Source: Methanoregula sp. (GTDB lineage Archaea; Halobacteriota; Methanomicrobia; Methanomicrobiales; Methanospirillaceae). From it: a DNA stretch of 64,000 bases. A program made the translations under genes and the position numbers. The DNA lies in assembly GCA_030651815.1 (NCBI GenBank), contig JAUSBW010000271.1, positions 4,137 through 68,136 on the forward strand, read 5' to 3'. How positions within the stretch are numbered: position 1 is the first letter of the stretch; each line of letters opens with the position of its first letter. The notes under the pieces are model-generated. The model worked only from the letters and a program-made list of their open reading frames with translations. It did not search any database and was not told where the DNA came from. This document shows positions 36,987 to 47,438 of this stretch, one piece after another.

Positions 36987-38507
36987 TTATTTCCGGCTGG
37001 TCAGGTTGATCGCATTGACCAGCGCCTCAACCGATGAGAGTACAATGTCGTCCCCGCTCCCGCTGGCATCGTAGATCTTCCCGTGTTCGTCTTCTACGGC
37101 AATCGTGACGTGACACATCGCGTCCGAACCCCCGGCAATCGCTTCGATGTTGAACTCCTTTAGCTGGATTCGGGTCGGTACGATCCCGAAGATCGCTTTT
37201 AAGGCGGCATCAACCGGGCCATTACCAACCGCGGAAAAAACATGCTCTTTGCCGTTTACCATCGCCTTTACACTCGCGGTGGGGATCATGTGATTTCCGG
37301 TCATGATCGCGATGTCCTTTAAGTCAAGCATCTTGTGGTTCAGTTCGATCTCCATAACGGTTTGCGCGATCTCGTAGAGATCTGCATCGGTCACCCGCTT
37401 GCCCTTATTGGCGATTGCCTTGACTTTCTCGACAATGGCATCCAGCTGGTGATCATCAGGACTGATCCGGACATCGGAGAGCATCTGGTGCACTGCGTGC
37501 CTGCCGACATGTTTTCCAAGGGTGAGCCTCCGCCGGTGTCCGACCATCTCCGGAGTCATGATGCCGGGTTCGAAAGTCGCGGTATTTTTTATGACGCCAT
37601 GCGAGTGTATGCCGCTTTCATGGGAGAAGACATTCTCGCCAACAACCGGTTGGGTTGGAGGAATGGTGATGCCACTGAAACGGGATACGAGGCGCGAGGT
37701 CTCAACGAGCCGTTCCTTTCTGATACCGGTATTAATCCCATAGATCGACTCCATGATCATCGTGGTCTGCGCAAGGTCGGCATTACCTGCCCGCTCACCG
37801 AGCCCGTTCACCGTGACCTGTACCTGCGAAGCACCGGCTTCCACTGCGGCGATGGTGTTTGCTACAGCGAGGCCGAAATCATTGTGACAGTGCACATCTA
37901 TGGGACAATCAACATCCCGGTGTATCCGGGTGATGAGCGTCTTCATACCTGATGGTGAGATGACGCCTACCGTGTCCGGTACATTGATGATGGTAGCACC
38001 GGCGTCTGCTGCGGTCCGGAAGACTTCTATAAGATAGTCCCAGTCAGTCCGCGTCGCATCCATGGCAGAGAACATACACTTGTCCGAATGCTCACGGATA
38101 TAGCCGATGATCTCGCCCGTTATTGAGAGCACTTCTTTACGGCTCTTGTTGATCGTGTTCTCCCGCTGGATATCCGATGTAGGGATGAACACGTGCACCA
38201 TGTCGACATCGCAGTCAAGACATGCATCAACGTCTGCTTTGACCGAGCGTGCGAGTCCGCAGATGGTAGACCCGAGATCAAGTTTTTTGATAGCGGCCAC
38301 TGTCTCTTTCTCGGCTTTTGACGATGCAGGAAATCCTGCCTCTATCACGTGAACGCCGATGTCAGACAGCTGACGTGCGATCTGGAGTTTTTGTTCAAAA
38401 GTGAACGCAATTCCCGGGGTCTGTTCTCCGTCCCGGAGCGTAGTGTCGAATACGGTCACGTCTTTCTTCGCCGAGCTATCGGAGAAGATGACGATCCCCC
38501 GCAACAT
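36987..38507 (-). CDS. 2-isopropylmalate synthase / (R)-citramalate synthase family
   Basis: [17 protein letters not shown], and a C-terminal LeuA-dimer regulatory domain. 506 aa. LeuA and CimA cannot be distinguished by eye. Confidence 0.9.
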   Translation of the reverse strand: MLRGIVIFSDSSAKKDVTVFDTTLRDGEQTPGIAFTFEQKLQIARQLSDIGVHVIEAGFPASSKAEKETVAAIKKLDLGSTICGLARSVKADVDACLDCDVDMVHVFIPTSDIQRENTINKSRKEVLSITGEIIGYIREHSDKCMFSAMDATRTDWDYLIEVFRTAADAGATIINVPDTVGVISPSGMKTLITRIHRDVDCPIDVHCHNDFGLAVANTIAAVEAGASQVQVTVNGLGERAGNADLAQTTMIMESIYGINTGIRKERLVETSRLVSRFSGITIPPTQPVVGENVFSHESGIHSHGVIKNTATFEPGIMTPEMVGHRRRLTLGKHVGRHAVHQMLSDVRISPDDHQLDAIVEKVKAIANKGKRVTDADLYEIAQTVMEIELNHKMLDLKDIAIMTGNHMIPTASVKAMVNGKEHVFSAVGNGPVDAALKAIFGIVPTRIQLKEFNIEAIAGGSDAMCHVTIAVEDEHGKIYDASGSGDDIVLSSVEALVNAINLTSRK

Positions 38508-38656
38508 CCTTGCGAGCAGTCATACTATTTTGTTGGGATGCGAATTATTTAAAGAAACCCCAAAATCGGGAAAAAATCAGGACAATTGCGCCGTTATATT
38601 GATGCAATTAGCGATATGTTTAATACTGAACTATCCCTACATTAATAGCGCAGTGC

Positions 38657-38762
38657 CCCGCCTTAACTCAGCTCGGTAGAGTGCGCGGCTGTAGATTGGT
38701 TTACCGTATCAGGTAACTGTGCGGCTACCGCGATGTCCCCGGTTCGAATCTGGGAGGCGGGA
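38657..38762 (+). tRNA. tRNA-Tyr (anticodon GTA) with a ~32-nt intron
   Basis: Acceptor CCCGCCT/AGGCGGG (C1:G72, as in archaeal tRNA-Tyr), D-arm ACTC-AGCTCGGTA-GAGT. Anticodon stem CGCGG...CCGCG interrupted after CTGTAG by an intron at about 38695-38726. T-arm CCCGG-TTCGAAT-CTGGG. Confidence 0.85.
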
Positions 38763-38777
38763 TTACTGTTTGAATGT

Positions 38778-38850
38778 GCCCGGGTAGTGTAGTGGCCTAT
38801 CATGATTGCCTGTCACGCAATCGACTCGGATTCGAATTCCGACCCGGGCG
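38778..38850 (+). tRNA. tRNA-Asp (anticodon GTC)
   Basis: Acceptor GCCCGGG/CCCGGGC, anticodon stem ATTGC/GCAAT with loop CTGTCAC, T-arm TCGGA-TTCGAAT-TCCGA, discriminator G. Confidence 0.9.
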
Positions 38851-39079
38851 TTACTACGATTTTTCTCATTTTGCTGTTCTTCTGTGAATAGTTCCTTCAG
38901 CCGAAAGCGGAATGTATTTGCTTTCCGGCAGAGGACAGAAGATAAGCCAGAGTTTGGCCACCCTCTTGTGGAAAAATTGTTGGTGAAGGGTAAGTGGTAC
39001 CCCCTTCAATCAGGAAACAGCTCGACCGGATAATAGATCTTCAGGACTGTACAAGACCATTTTTACTTAGAGAAGGTCA

Positions 39080-39574
39080 TCATTCCACCCGGTACCCTTT
39101 TGCCTGTAAAAATGTGGCCAGCCATTTTTCTGCCGGATCTTCGTGCTTTGGCCTTGTTCTCTCTGCCTCTTCCCACGCAGTCCGGAGATCTGGATCATCG
39201 GAATGTAGTGAGAGTGTACCGGTTACAACCCCTATGCTGTTTCCCGCCATATCAGACACCCGCATCACCACGCAACGATAGAACTTGCACTGGGCCGGGC
39301 TGTCCCGGTGAATGGTGCAGCGGATAAGATCCCCGTCCGGCCGGAGAAAGCGGCACGCTGTCGGGTGCTGGTCCGGAAAAGTGCGATCAGCAAACAGGTG
39401 TCGCTTGTCCTCATCGATCCCGGCGATAAACGGTGTGCCGGTTGAGACTGATTCACCCGCAAAGGTAAATGGCCCGAGCTGCTGTTCGATTACAATGTAG
39501 TCGCCCAGATACATGCAGCACGTACCGCACTGCCGGCAGGTAAATACCAGAGACTCACCCTCGCATAAACTCAA
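39080..39574 (-). CDS. YkgJ-family (UPF0153) cysteine-cluster protein
   Basis: N-terminal CRQCGTCC motif plus later Cys residues (CRFL, CTIH, CKFYRC). Confidence 0.7.
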   Translation of the reverse strand: MSLCEGESLVFTCRQCGTCCMYLGDYIVIEQQLGPFTFAGESVSTGTPFIAGIDEDKRHLFADRTFPDQHPTACRFLRPDGDLIRCTIHRDSPAQCKFYRCVVMRVSDMAGNSIGVVTGTLSLHSDDPDLRTAWEEAERTRPKHEDPAEKWLATFLQAKGYRVE

Positions 39575-39657
39575 TAGGATGCGATACTTTAAAAAAAAAG
39601 CGAGTCTGGATTGTATATACCGGAAAAAACCACGGGTGGTGTTTCGGAGGGGAAAAA

Positions 39658-40278
39658 TTACTGGATCTTGTCTGCCGCTTTACGCACCACATCCTTTAAC
39701 ATTTCATAATCCGTTGTTGTGCCGCCCATGGTAATTGTTTCAAACACGTTCTTCTTTTTGAAAATTACGGTGTATACTGGGAGATCCATGGGATCCCCGA
39801 CCCGGGTTTCGCGAAAGGCCATGCTCTTGTCGCCGATTGCGGGGAACGGGATCTCATACCGGGTGGTACCCTTTTCGTTAGAAAGGATCCCTTCAGTCTC
39901 GATAGCATAGACCTTGTCCATGTTCTCTGGTGGATAAATACTGATGGACTGGCGGATACCGGTTATATCATCTTTCTCCCGGTTCATCCGGTAGAACGTG
40001 ACCCTGTATCCCTGCTGCCAGCCAAGATCGTGGGCGAGTTGGGATACTTCGCTGTAGGCGATCACCGTGCGGTCTTTGATCAGGTAATCCAGAGGCACAT
40101 CCGTTAACTGGAGTGCCATACCTCCCGGAGGGACGATGGCACTTGTGCTCTCGGGTATCGGTAGAGTTGGAGGCAGCGATGTCTGCTGGGGGGGAGAAGC
40201 CGGAGCCGGAGAGAGGCAACCTGCAGAACTGATCGCCAGTTGCACAACAAGAATGAGTGCAATGAACCGGATATTCAT
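39658..40278 (-). CDS. putative secreted lipoprotein
   Basis: Signal peptide ending in lipobox-like ISSAGC, Pro-rich linker. No family recognised. Confidence 0.5.
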   Translation of the reverse strand: MNIRFIALILVVQLAISSAGCLSPAPASPPQQTSLPPTLPIPESTSAIVPPGGMALQLTDVPLDYLIKDRTVIAYSEVSQLAHDLGWQQGYRVTFYRMNREKDDITGIRQSISIYPPENMDKVYAIETEGILSNEKGTTRYEIPFPAIGDKSMAFRETRVGDPMDLPVYTVIFKKKNVFETITMGGTTTDYEMLKDVVRKAADKIQ

Positions 40279-40413
40279 ATCGTACTCCATCACCGGGTGG
40301 ATTTAAAATCCTGCCGGAACCTGCATTGGTACCCCCTGCTGAGCACAAGCGCTTTATTGAGGGGAGCAGAAGATCAACATACGGTGAGTTGTTTGACAAA
40401 AACCAGCATTGCC

Positions 40414-40842
40414 ATGCTTGACAAGGATCATCACATCCACCTGATCCCCGGCGAACGCATACTCATGATGAGCATTGAACACTCGGCGATAAAAAAAGTC
40501 GAGAATGAACGGTTTGAAGTGGAGTGTTTCATAAAACTCTCAGTTGAGAGTTTCCCGCATCCGCTTGAAGATGTGATCCGCTTCACGTTCGCATGCGTAA
40601 AGACGCCCGGTCTGCAGATGATGACCGAACTGACATTTGTCCAGAATCATATCATCAAGTTCATCTTCGACCAGGGCATGTCCGGGGAACTCTGTGACTG
40701 CACACCAGATGATCCCGAATCACTGTTGTGCGGGATTACGATCTCATCTGAAATTAAAAAGCATATGCTCGCTTCAAAGCAGTTCAGGGAAGCACTCGCA
40801 CGGCACGGTGCGCTGTCGGACACGGTAGTATTTATAAAATAA
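40414..40842 (+). CDS. hypothetical protein (142 aa)
   Basis: ORF counted from the internal ATG (MLDKDHH). No motif recognised. The track ORF's upstream part overlaps the divergent lipoprotein gene. Confidence 0.35.
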   Translation: MLDKDHHIHLIPGERILMMSIEHSAIKKVENERFEVECFIKLSVESFPHPLEDVIRFTFACVKTPGLQMMTELTFVQNHIIKFIFDQGMSGELCDCTPDDPESLLCGITISSEIKKHMLASKQFREALARHGALSDTVVFIK

Positions 40843-40988
40843 TTTTTTGGTACGGATATTCCGCAGGGTTCAGGCGTGCAAGTGTTTCACCTATAAGGTT
40901 ATCTGGAAAATACCGGTAAACGCTGATAAATATCTTTTTCTCGCAATACATACAACCTGAAAGGAAGACTTACTTATGGAGTGGTATT

Positions 40989-42608
40989 ATGGGTGATCCA
41001 GATCTGCGCAGTGATGAGACGGTACTCGTGCGGACGCAGGGGGTGTATGTCAAGTCGATACAGTTTGAAGGCATTATCACCAACAAACGGATTGTTCTGG
41101 TCGACCGGGCAAAAAACCTCCTGCCCCCAAAAGAGATCCCGCTTGCCACGATCAAGGATGTTGAGGGTGGAGAGAATGCGATCCGTGATCCGGTTGTCAC
41201 AGTAACGGTAATCACAAGGACAGGTGAGACCCGGCAGATGATTCTCACCTTTTCCCGCACCGCAGGAGGTAACAGGAACAAGGAACGGGACGAGTGGGTA
41301 AAAACCTTAAAAGAGAATGTCTCATCCTCGTATGAACAGGTGATCAGAAAAGGAATTCCCGGGCTTGATCAGCCCCATAAAAGGCCCGAACCCATACTCT
41401 CTCCAAGGATTGAATTTGTCGGAGATCCGGTTCAACCGGCTGCTGCCCGTCCCTTGCCGAAAAAAGAGGCGGACATGATCCACCCCATCAAAAAGATCAT
41501 CGACAATGCACCTTCAAAAACCCCGGCAGCAGTAAAAGAGTCTGATGCACCTGCACCCGGATTTGGCACGTTCTGTTCCCGGTGTGGCAACAAAGTGCCG
41601 GAGGGTTCAGGCTTTTGCAACCGCTGCGGATCTTCGATCATTCCGCCCGGCAGTACTGCCCCTGCGGCACCTGCAGTCCCCGATTACCGGGTTCAGGCCC
41701 AACGCCCGATCGACCGGGAAATACAGACAATCGAGCCGCTCATCGAACGCTCATCGGTAAAGGTACCTGCCGATCCACTGAGATCCGTACCTCCTGAATC
41801 TCCGGTGCAGAAAACCGCACAACCTGCCCAATCCCCGCTGTACGATAATCCCCCGGAACCCGTTGCAACTCAAGAGTCCGCACCTGCGGTAACCGCGCCT
41901 AAGCAGAAACCTGCAAAAAAAACCCTGATACCCCGGTTGTTCACCCCAAAAGAGCTCGCTCCAACTCCCCTCAACCCGGCGTCGATGCCTACAGCAGCAT
42001 CGCCCCCACCTAAAAAACCGCGTCGTGCAATTCGTATGCCCGGCAAAAAAGTGTTCATGGCGATTGGCGTGATTATTCTCCTCATCGCGATAGCGGTGGC
42101 AGGTGTGGTCTTTGTTTACCCGATGATTTCGGGCAGCGGAACACCCATACCCGGTTCCGCAACGGGAGTACCTGCAACCACTTCCACCCCGGTCACAACG
42201 TCCACTCCTGCATCCTCCGGCACGATTGTTATCCCTGTGGAAACTACAGCACCCGGTGTGCCGGCTACCGGGGTTTATGCTCATATCAGTTATATCGGAA
42301 GCTGGAAAGGGACCTATGGTATGCCCGTGGCATTGCAGACCGATACAAATTCCGGTGACCGGTTTTTTGAGATTGAGAGTGCGATCGGTCCTGTTGAAGT
42401 GACCGCTGAAAAGCTGGACGGCTCTACCCGACACGAACTCGTTGTTGAGATCTACAGGAATGGCGGGCTGCTGACAACCGGTAAAACCAGTGAAGGGTAT
42501 GGTAAAGTGACTGTGTCAGCCGATGCGACAACCGGTGTGGCGCAAGCCCCACAGATTGGGGTGGGTACCCTGACTACAACCGCAGCACCAACACCCGCAT
42601 CAGGCTAA
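40989..42608 (+). CDS. membrane protein with N-terminal PH/GRAM-like domain, zinc ribbon and extracellular domain
   Basis: N-terminal VLVRTQGVYVKSIQFEGIITNKRIVLV (PH-like), FCSRCGNKVPEGSGFCNRCG double-CxxC, Pro-rich linker, one TM (VFMAIGVIILLIAIAVAGVVFV), then a Thr-rich region and a beta-rich domain. Confidence 0.6.
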   Translation: MGDPDLRSDETVLVRTQGVYVKSIQFEGIITNKRIVLVDRAKNLLPPKEIPLATIKDVEGGENAIRDPVVTVTVITRTGETRQMILTFSRTAGGNRNKERDEWVKTLKENVSSSYEQVIRKGIPGLDQPHKRPEPILSPRIEFVGDPVQPAAARPLPKKEADMIHPIKKIIDNAPSKTPAAVKESDAPAPGFGTFCSRCGNKVPEGSGFCNRCGSSIIPPGSTAPAAPAVPDYRVQAQRPIDREIQTIEPLIERSSVKVPADPLRSVPPESPVQKTAQPAQSPLYDNPPEPVATQESAPAVTAPKQKPAKKTLIPRLFTPKELAPTPLNPASMPTAASPPPKKPRRAIRMPGKKVFMAIGVIILLIAIAVAGVVFVYPMISGSGTPIPGSATGVPATTSTPVTTSTPASSGTIVIPVETTAPGVPATGVYAHISYIGSWKGTYGMPVALQTDTNSGDRFFEIESAIGPVEVTAEKLDGSTRHELVVEIYRNGGLLTTGKTSEGYGKVTVSADATTGVAQAPQIGVGTLTTTAAPTPASG

Positions 42609-42773
42609 TCTGCTGCAGGGAATGTGACTGCAACCAGTACGCCTGCAAATAATGTTACAACGGTTACTACTATAATGACAACCGTACCGGTGACGAATAC
42701 CACAACCACCTCATCATAACTTTTTTCCGATACATTTTTTCACTTCAGAAAATACATACAAGTAAGATTTCGT

Positions 42774-43394
42774 ATGGCCCCAGAAACCCATTTTCCCATG
42801 AGTACCCCGTTCAAGCCTGCACCGGCACTGGTCAACTGGTTTATTATTGATTTCGCCCTCATTATGATCTTTATCCTTGCGTGCACGGTATTTCCGGTTC
42901 TCCTCTCATCGCCTGCTGATGCACTGTTTACTGCAGTTTTCTTGTTTTGTCTGGTTGTAGTGTTCGGGCTCTTTGCATACTGGGTGAAGCTGTATTACCA
43001 GAGCATGTGGTATGAGCTCCATGAAGACGAGATGCGGTGGAAGCGCGGTGTCTGGTTCCGCACCACCGGTATTGTACCGTATAACCGGATCACGAACCTG
43101 GATCTCAAGCAGGGCCCCGTCATGCGATGGCTCAACATATCCACGCTCTCCATCCAGACTGCCGGCTATTCGGGGCAGGCAGTACCGGAGATTCGGATTG
43201 AAGCGATCGAACATGCAGAGGAACTTCGTGAGCTGATTCGCACCCTGGTGCGGCAGTCAGGTTCCGGTGTCCACAATGATGGAACCGGTACCCGTGCGCC
43301 TGTTCAATCATCAACAGGTTCTATGAGCACCAACCTGCTGATGCTCGATGAGCTAAAAAAGATCCGCTTCCTCTTGGAACAGAAGAACAAATAA
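42774..43394 (+). CDS. bPH_2 (DUF304/YdbS-like) membrane PH-domain protein
   Basis: Two N-terminal TM helices, then RTTGIVPYNRITNLDLKQGPVMRWLNISTLSIQTAG, typical of the bacterial PH domain. Confidence 0.75.
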   Translation: MAPETHFPMSTPFKPAPALVNWFIIDFALIMIFILACTVFPVLLSSPADALFTAVFLFCLVVVFGLFAYWVKLYYQSMWYELHEDEMRWKRGVWFRTTGIVPYNRITNLDLKQGPVMRWLNISTLSIQTAGYSGQAVPEIRIEAIEHAEELRELIRTLVRQSGSGVHNDGTGTRAPVQSSTGSMSTNLLMLDELKKIRFLLEQKNK

Positions 43395-43399
43395 AAAAA

Positions 43400-44329
43400 T
43401 TATTTCTTTTCTGTCAGTTCAGCCGGGACAGCTGCCGGTTTATTTCCTTTTCTCCAGCGGTAAATACCGTACCCGATGCCACCGAGAATGATGAGCGGGA
43501 GCAGTGCTAAGAAAATGATAATGATTGCATCGATCATACCGAAGAACCCGGCAATCCCTTCATTAATGGTAGTGACGAAGTTATGTCCGGTGACGCCGCC
43601 TACCGGTTCAGGTTCCTGCAGGTTGACAGTTATAGTCGAGAGATCGATCCGGCTGTTGAGATATTTAATCCGCCCTTCGAGCCGGTTCAGTTCAGTCTGG
43701 ACGCGGTCGATCTGTTCCTGCACCTTGATGATGTCTTCGATCCTGGTGCTCTGCTTCATAATTGCATTGTACTGGGCGAGCTGGTTCTGGTACGAAGTTA
43801 TCTGGGCCTGTAGATCCACATATTCCTCAGTGACGTCCTGTCCCTGCGTTGAGATGGATTTGACCGTACCTATCGCTCTCACCCCAATAAGGGCATTTTC
43901 AAATTCCGCCTGTGGTATGCGTATGACCACAGAACCCGTGAGCCGGTCGTTGTAGCCCTTCTGGACATTGGTTGAGGAGAGATACCCGCCTTTCTGGGCA
44001 GCGATACTTTTCAGGCTCTCGACCGCGCCGGGGATATCCTTTACTTCAAGCGTGAGGGACGCGGTTTTTATGATCTTTGTCTCAATAACGGATGTTCCCG
44101 AACCGGATTGTGAAGGGGTCATCGTAGGCACTGGCATGGGGGCTCCATTGCCGGCATAAGACATCTTTGCCTCTGACTGGTAGCGGACACTGTTATCGTA
44201 CGTCGGGGAGTCTTGCGACGAGGTTGAACTCCCGGCAGGAAAACCCATGCAGCCGGTTGCTGCAACTACTGCAATACACACCACAAGGAGTGCGATGACT
44301 TTGAAGTTCATACCATGAAATAGTTGCAT
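43400..44329 (-). CDS. DUF4349-domain protein
   Basis: Lipoprotein-like N-terminus (AATGC), LTLEVKD...GGYL...V.IRIP, a coiled-coil segment and a C-terminal TM anchor, as in DUF4349. An ATG at 44311 is an alternative start. Confidence 0.7.
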   Translation of the reverse strand: MQLFHGMNFKVIALLVVCIAVVAATGCMGFPAGSSTSSQDSPTYDNSVRYQSEAKMSYAGNGAPMPVPTMTPSQSGSGTSVIETKIIKTASLTLEVKDIPGAVESLKSIAAQKGGYLSSTNVQKGYNDRLTGSVVIRIPQAEFENALIGVRAIGTVKSISTQGQDVTEEYVDLQAQITSYQNQLAQYNAIMKQSTRIEDIIKVQEQIDRVQTELNRLEGRIKYLNSRIDLSTITVNLQEPEPVGGVTGHNFVTTINEGIAGFFGMIDAIIIIFLALLPLIILGGIGYGIYRWRKGNKPAAVPAELTEKK

Positions 44330-44682
44330 GAAATATAAATGTAATGTGTTAACTTCGATTTTTTTGGTAGTTTAAAACAATTTATCCGGTATCGATATTT
44401 GATTGATTCGCCAGAGTGGCAAAGCGAAAAAAAAGGAGTTATCCAATAATCGGAGAAGATTACTGCGAGCCTGTGAGCAAGGGGCCACACCTTACGACCA
44501 TAAGAACAGAACAATCCTCATCACCGTCCAATATTGCAGTAACTTTTGAAAAAAAACAGGAAATTTTATGGTGGAGATCAAAAGCCTAAACCTTTTTTCC
44601 CAGCCCGGATTCTGTTAAATTTTACCCGGCAGGGATCGATCGCAATTAAATAACAAAACGGGAGATATTTCAATGAGCGATC

Positions 44683-45285
44683 ATGGAAGCACAAAATGTA
44701 CCAGATAAACCCGAAGGAGCAGAGGAACTCGAGAAACTGAATCTTGAAGGGTTGATAAAATCCCTTCTCGACAGCACTGATCCAAATGTCCGGCAATATG
44801 CTGCATACCTGCTGGGACAGGCAAAGAATCCTCGTGCAATCGAACCCCTTATTCGTGCACTTGCGGATTTCGACAAGTCCGTACGTGAACAGGCGATGCT
44901 TGCCCTCTCCTCGCTGGGAAAATCAGCAATAGCACCGCTTTCTGAAGCAATGAAGGAGCCCAAATGGGAGACCCGGTACCGTGCAGCCGAAGCGCTCGGA
45001 AAGATTGCCGATGAAAAAGCAATCCAGCCGCTGATCCAGGGACTCAAGGACAACCGTGAACATGTACGGTATATGGCAGCAAAAGGGCTGCGTGAATTCG
45101 GGGACTCCGATACGATCGATCCAATGATCATCCTGCTCAAAGATGAGAATATTTATGTCCGGATGATGGTAGCGCGGGCACTCGGAGCAATCGGTGGAAA
45201 GAAGGTAAATGCCGCGCTAGCAAAAGCTCTTGAAGCTGAACAGGATGATAAGGTAAAAGAAGCGATCCGTGAATCAATGAGTTAA
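44683..45285 (+). CDS. HEAT-repeat (PBS-lyase-type) protein
   Basis: Five-plus repeats of the D..VR..AA.ALG.....AI.PLI..L pattern. Confidence 0.8.
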   Translation: MEAQNVPDKPEGAEELEKLNLEGLIKSLLDSTDPNVRQYAAYLLGQAKNPRAIEPLIRALADFDKSVREQAMLALSSLGKSAIAPLSEAMKEPKWETRYRAAEALGKIADEKAIQPLIQGLKDNREHVRYMAAKGLREFGDSDTIDPMIILLKDENIYVRMMVARALGAIGGKKVNAALAKALEAEQDDKVKEAIRESMS

Positions 45286-45358
45286 TTTTCATTTCATTTA
45301 AAAAACCATTTTTTCCCGGTAAATCCGGGCACTTCCGGAATCTGTGTTCCCACAAAAT

Positions 45359-46666
45359 TCAGATCAGGTACATGTCCTCTGCCTGTCTCATCAGTTCATG
45401 CCGGAACTTTGGATGAGCCAGTGAGATGATCGCAAGTGCCCGTTCACGGGTTGATTTTCCTTTCAGGTTGACAATCCCATGCTCGGTTGCAAGGTAATGG
45501 GTATCTGCTCTCGGAGTAGTGACAACCGATCCCGAAGCAAGGCGCGGCACAACCCGGGAGATGGTGCCTGATTTTGCCGTGGAATAAAAAGCAAGAAACG
45601 ATTTTCCCCCTCGTGACGCAAATGCACCGCGGACAAAATCCAGCTGGCCACCGGTTCCTGAGAATGTTGCCCCCTCCAGGTACTCGGCATTTGCCTGCCC
45701 GAGAAGATCCACTTCGAGCACCGAATTGATAGAGATCATATTCTCGTTTTGTGCGATCACGGATGGCGAACAGACATAGGAGGCGGCATAGCTTTCCATA
45801 CTGGGATTGTCGTTCATGAACTCGTACATCCGCTTTGTTCCTGCCGCCGTTGTATATACGTGTTTTAGCGGGTGGAGGTTCTTTTTCCTGCCATTTGCCA
45901 CGCCCGCCTCAATGAGATTGACCATCCCCTCCGTCAGCAACTCAGTGTGGATCCCGATATCCTTATGATCCATAAGGTATCGTGCGACTGCATTCGGAAG
46001 GTTCCCGATGCCAAGCTGTATGGTGGCACCGTCCGGTACCATTGCCGCAATTGCCGGCCCGATGATCTCGTCTTCAGGTTTTGCATCTGCTATGCGGAGC
46101 TCCATGAGCGGGACATGGTTCTCTACTACAGCATCCACTTCGGAGATATGGATGAGGGAATCGCCAAAGACCCGTGGCATATTCCGGTTCACTTCAACAA
46201 AGAGTCGTTTGCAGTGCCGGGCTGCTGTTGAAAAATAATCGTTTGCCGTGCCAAGGCTGAAGAATCCTGCCTTGTCCATGGGAGAGACAGTAGCCATCGC
46301 GATATCAGTATCCATGTATTCAGACACAATCTGTGGAATCTGGTGCAGGTACGAAGGAACATGATAATTCAGTCCAACTTTTACAGAATCGCGATCCGCT
46401 GCTCCGACAAACCAGGAATAGTTCTCAATGCAGTCGCACAGGTCCGGGGAAAGGACGGTAGTTGTGGCGTGTTCACGGGGAAGGAATGTATAGACTTTGA
46501 GATCTCTGACATTCCCGCTCCTTGCCCGCTCTGCAAGGGCTGCAAGAAGTGCCGGGGGCTGTGCAATACTCATGCCATACACGATGGTATCGTCGCTTTT
46601 CACCTGTTCCATTGCCTGTCGGGGGCTGATCGTTTTCTCCTCGTATTGCTGCATGGTTGTTTTCAT
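45359..46666 (-). CDS. acetyl-CoA hydrolase/transferase family (4-hydroxybutyrate CoA-transferase-like)
   Basis: 435 aa, N- and C-terminal CoA-transferase halves, SGTGGQLDFVRGA motif. Confidence 0.85.
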   Translation of the reverse strand: MKTTMQQYEEKTISPRQAMEQVKSDDTIVYGMSIAQPPALLAALAERARSGNVRDLKVYTFLPREHATTTVLSPDLCDCIENYSWFVGAADRDSVKVGLNYHVPSYLHQIPQIVSEYMDTDIAMATVSPMDKAGFFSLGTANDYFSTAARHCKRLFVEVNRNMPRVFGDSLIHISEVDAVVENHVPLMELRIADAKPEDEIIGPAIAAMVPDGATIQLGIGNLPNAVARYLMDHKDIGIHTELLTEGMVNLIEAGVANGRKKNLHPLKHVYTTAAGTKRMYEFMNDNPSMESYAASYVCSPSVIAQNENMISINSVLEVDLLGQANAEYLEGATFSGTGGQLDFVRGAFASRGGKSFLAFYSTAKSGTISRVVPRLASGSVVTTPRADTHYLATEHGIVNLKGKSTRERALAIISLAHPKFRHELMRQAEDMYLI

Positions 46667-46774
46667 GATATCGCATTTGAGGAATAGTGCGGGGGTAGTG
46701 ATAAAATGGATGGGATCTGTATGGGGTGTTCAGGAACGATGCCGGACAAGGTGCGGGATTCGAGAGGACGGTGC

Positions 46775-46803
46775 AAAAAAGGGATGTACCGGTTTTCCGG
46801 TAC
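46775..46803 (-). terminator. hairpin + T6 downstream of the 4-gene operon
   Basis: Perfect GTACCGG-tttt-CCGGTAC palindrome (46786-46803), followed on the minus strand by T6 (46775-46780). Confidence 0.5.
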
Positions 46804-46853
46804 GTTGCCTGAAAAATGAATACGGATAGTGTTATTCAGTAAATGCTACCTGC

Positions 46854-47438
46854 TCAAATCCCCATTCCCGTAATAATCCCCACCACCTGCTGCGCCGTCA
46901 TCGGATCCACCACCCGGGCCAGCACGAGGCCCGCCATCGCAACAAACAACGACCAGAATACTTTCTTCACCTGCTCATTCTTCCCGAACGCTTCAATCAC
47001 AATATCCATGTCAGCATGCAGCCCCCGTTGGATAAGCTTCGGCAGGAACACAAACAAAGGAAGAAACAGAACCGCCGCCCCGATGAATGCAAGTGTGATC
47101 TCCGCCCGGCCTGCAAGGAAGCACCCGACCGGGACCGCAAACACACCGGCCAGCATCGAGGCCATCCCGACCTCGCCAAACCAGAAGTAATGCCGCTTAT
47201 CGGAATAGTTCAATCGCTCTTCATTCGTAAGCGCTGACAAGTCAAAGATGCCGAGCGTGTTCAGCATCCCGTACCAAACCGCGTGCGTCTCCTCCGGGTC
47301 CGCAACGAGACCAAGAAACAGAACCGCGATCGGTACAATCAGAAGAAGAAGGGGAAGGTGAGCCAGCACCAGGACCAGCCCGAGCAGGCACCCGGTCCCG
47401 CAGATCGCACACCGGGTCTGCAACTCATTCTCGAACAT
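46854..47438 (-). CDS. hypothetical polytopic membrane protein (194 aa)
   Basis: Counted from the internal ATG (MFENELQ). About five hydrophobic helices. 14-nt overlap with the upstream ORF. The first 96 codons of the track ORF lie out of frame over the upstream gene and are Arg/Ser/Gly-rich, like shadow sequence. Confidence 0.5.
   Translation of the reverse strand: MFENELQTRCAICGTGCLLGLVLVLAHLPLLLLIVPIAVLFLGLVADPEETHAVWYGMLNTLGIFDLSALTNEERLNYSDKRHYFWFGEVGMASMLAGVFAVPVGCFLAGRAEITLAFIGAAVLFLPLFVFLPKLIQRGLHADMDIVIEAFGKNEQVKKVFWSLFVAMAGLVLARVVDPMTAQQVVGIITGMGI

Noticed and set aside
38619-38626. TATA-like TTTAATAC about 30 nt upstream of tRNA-Tyr, and TCTATAAAGG (~30789) upstream of L15e, as promoters.
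   Set aside because: Position and composition are plausible, but single AT-rich octamers in AT-rich spacers are not sufficient evidence. They are not listed as features.
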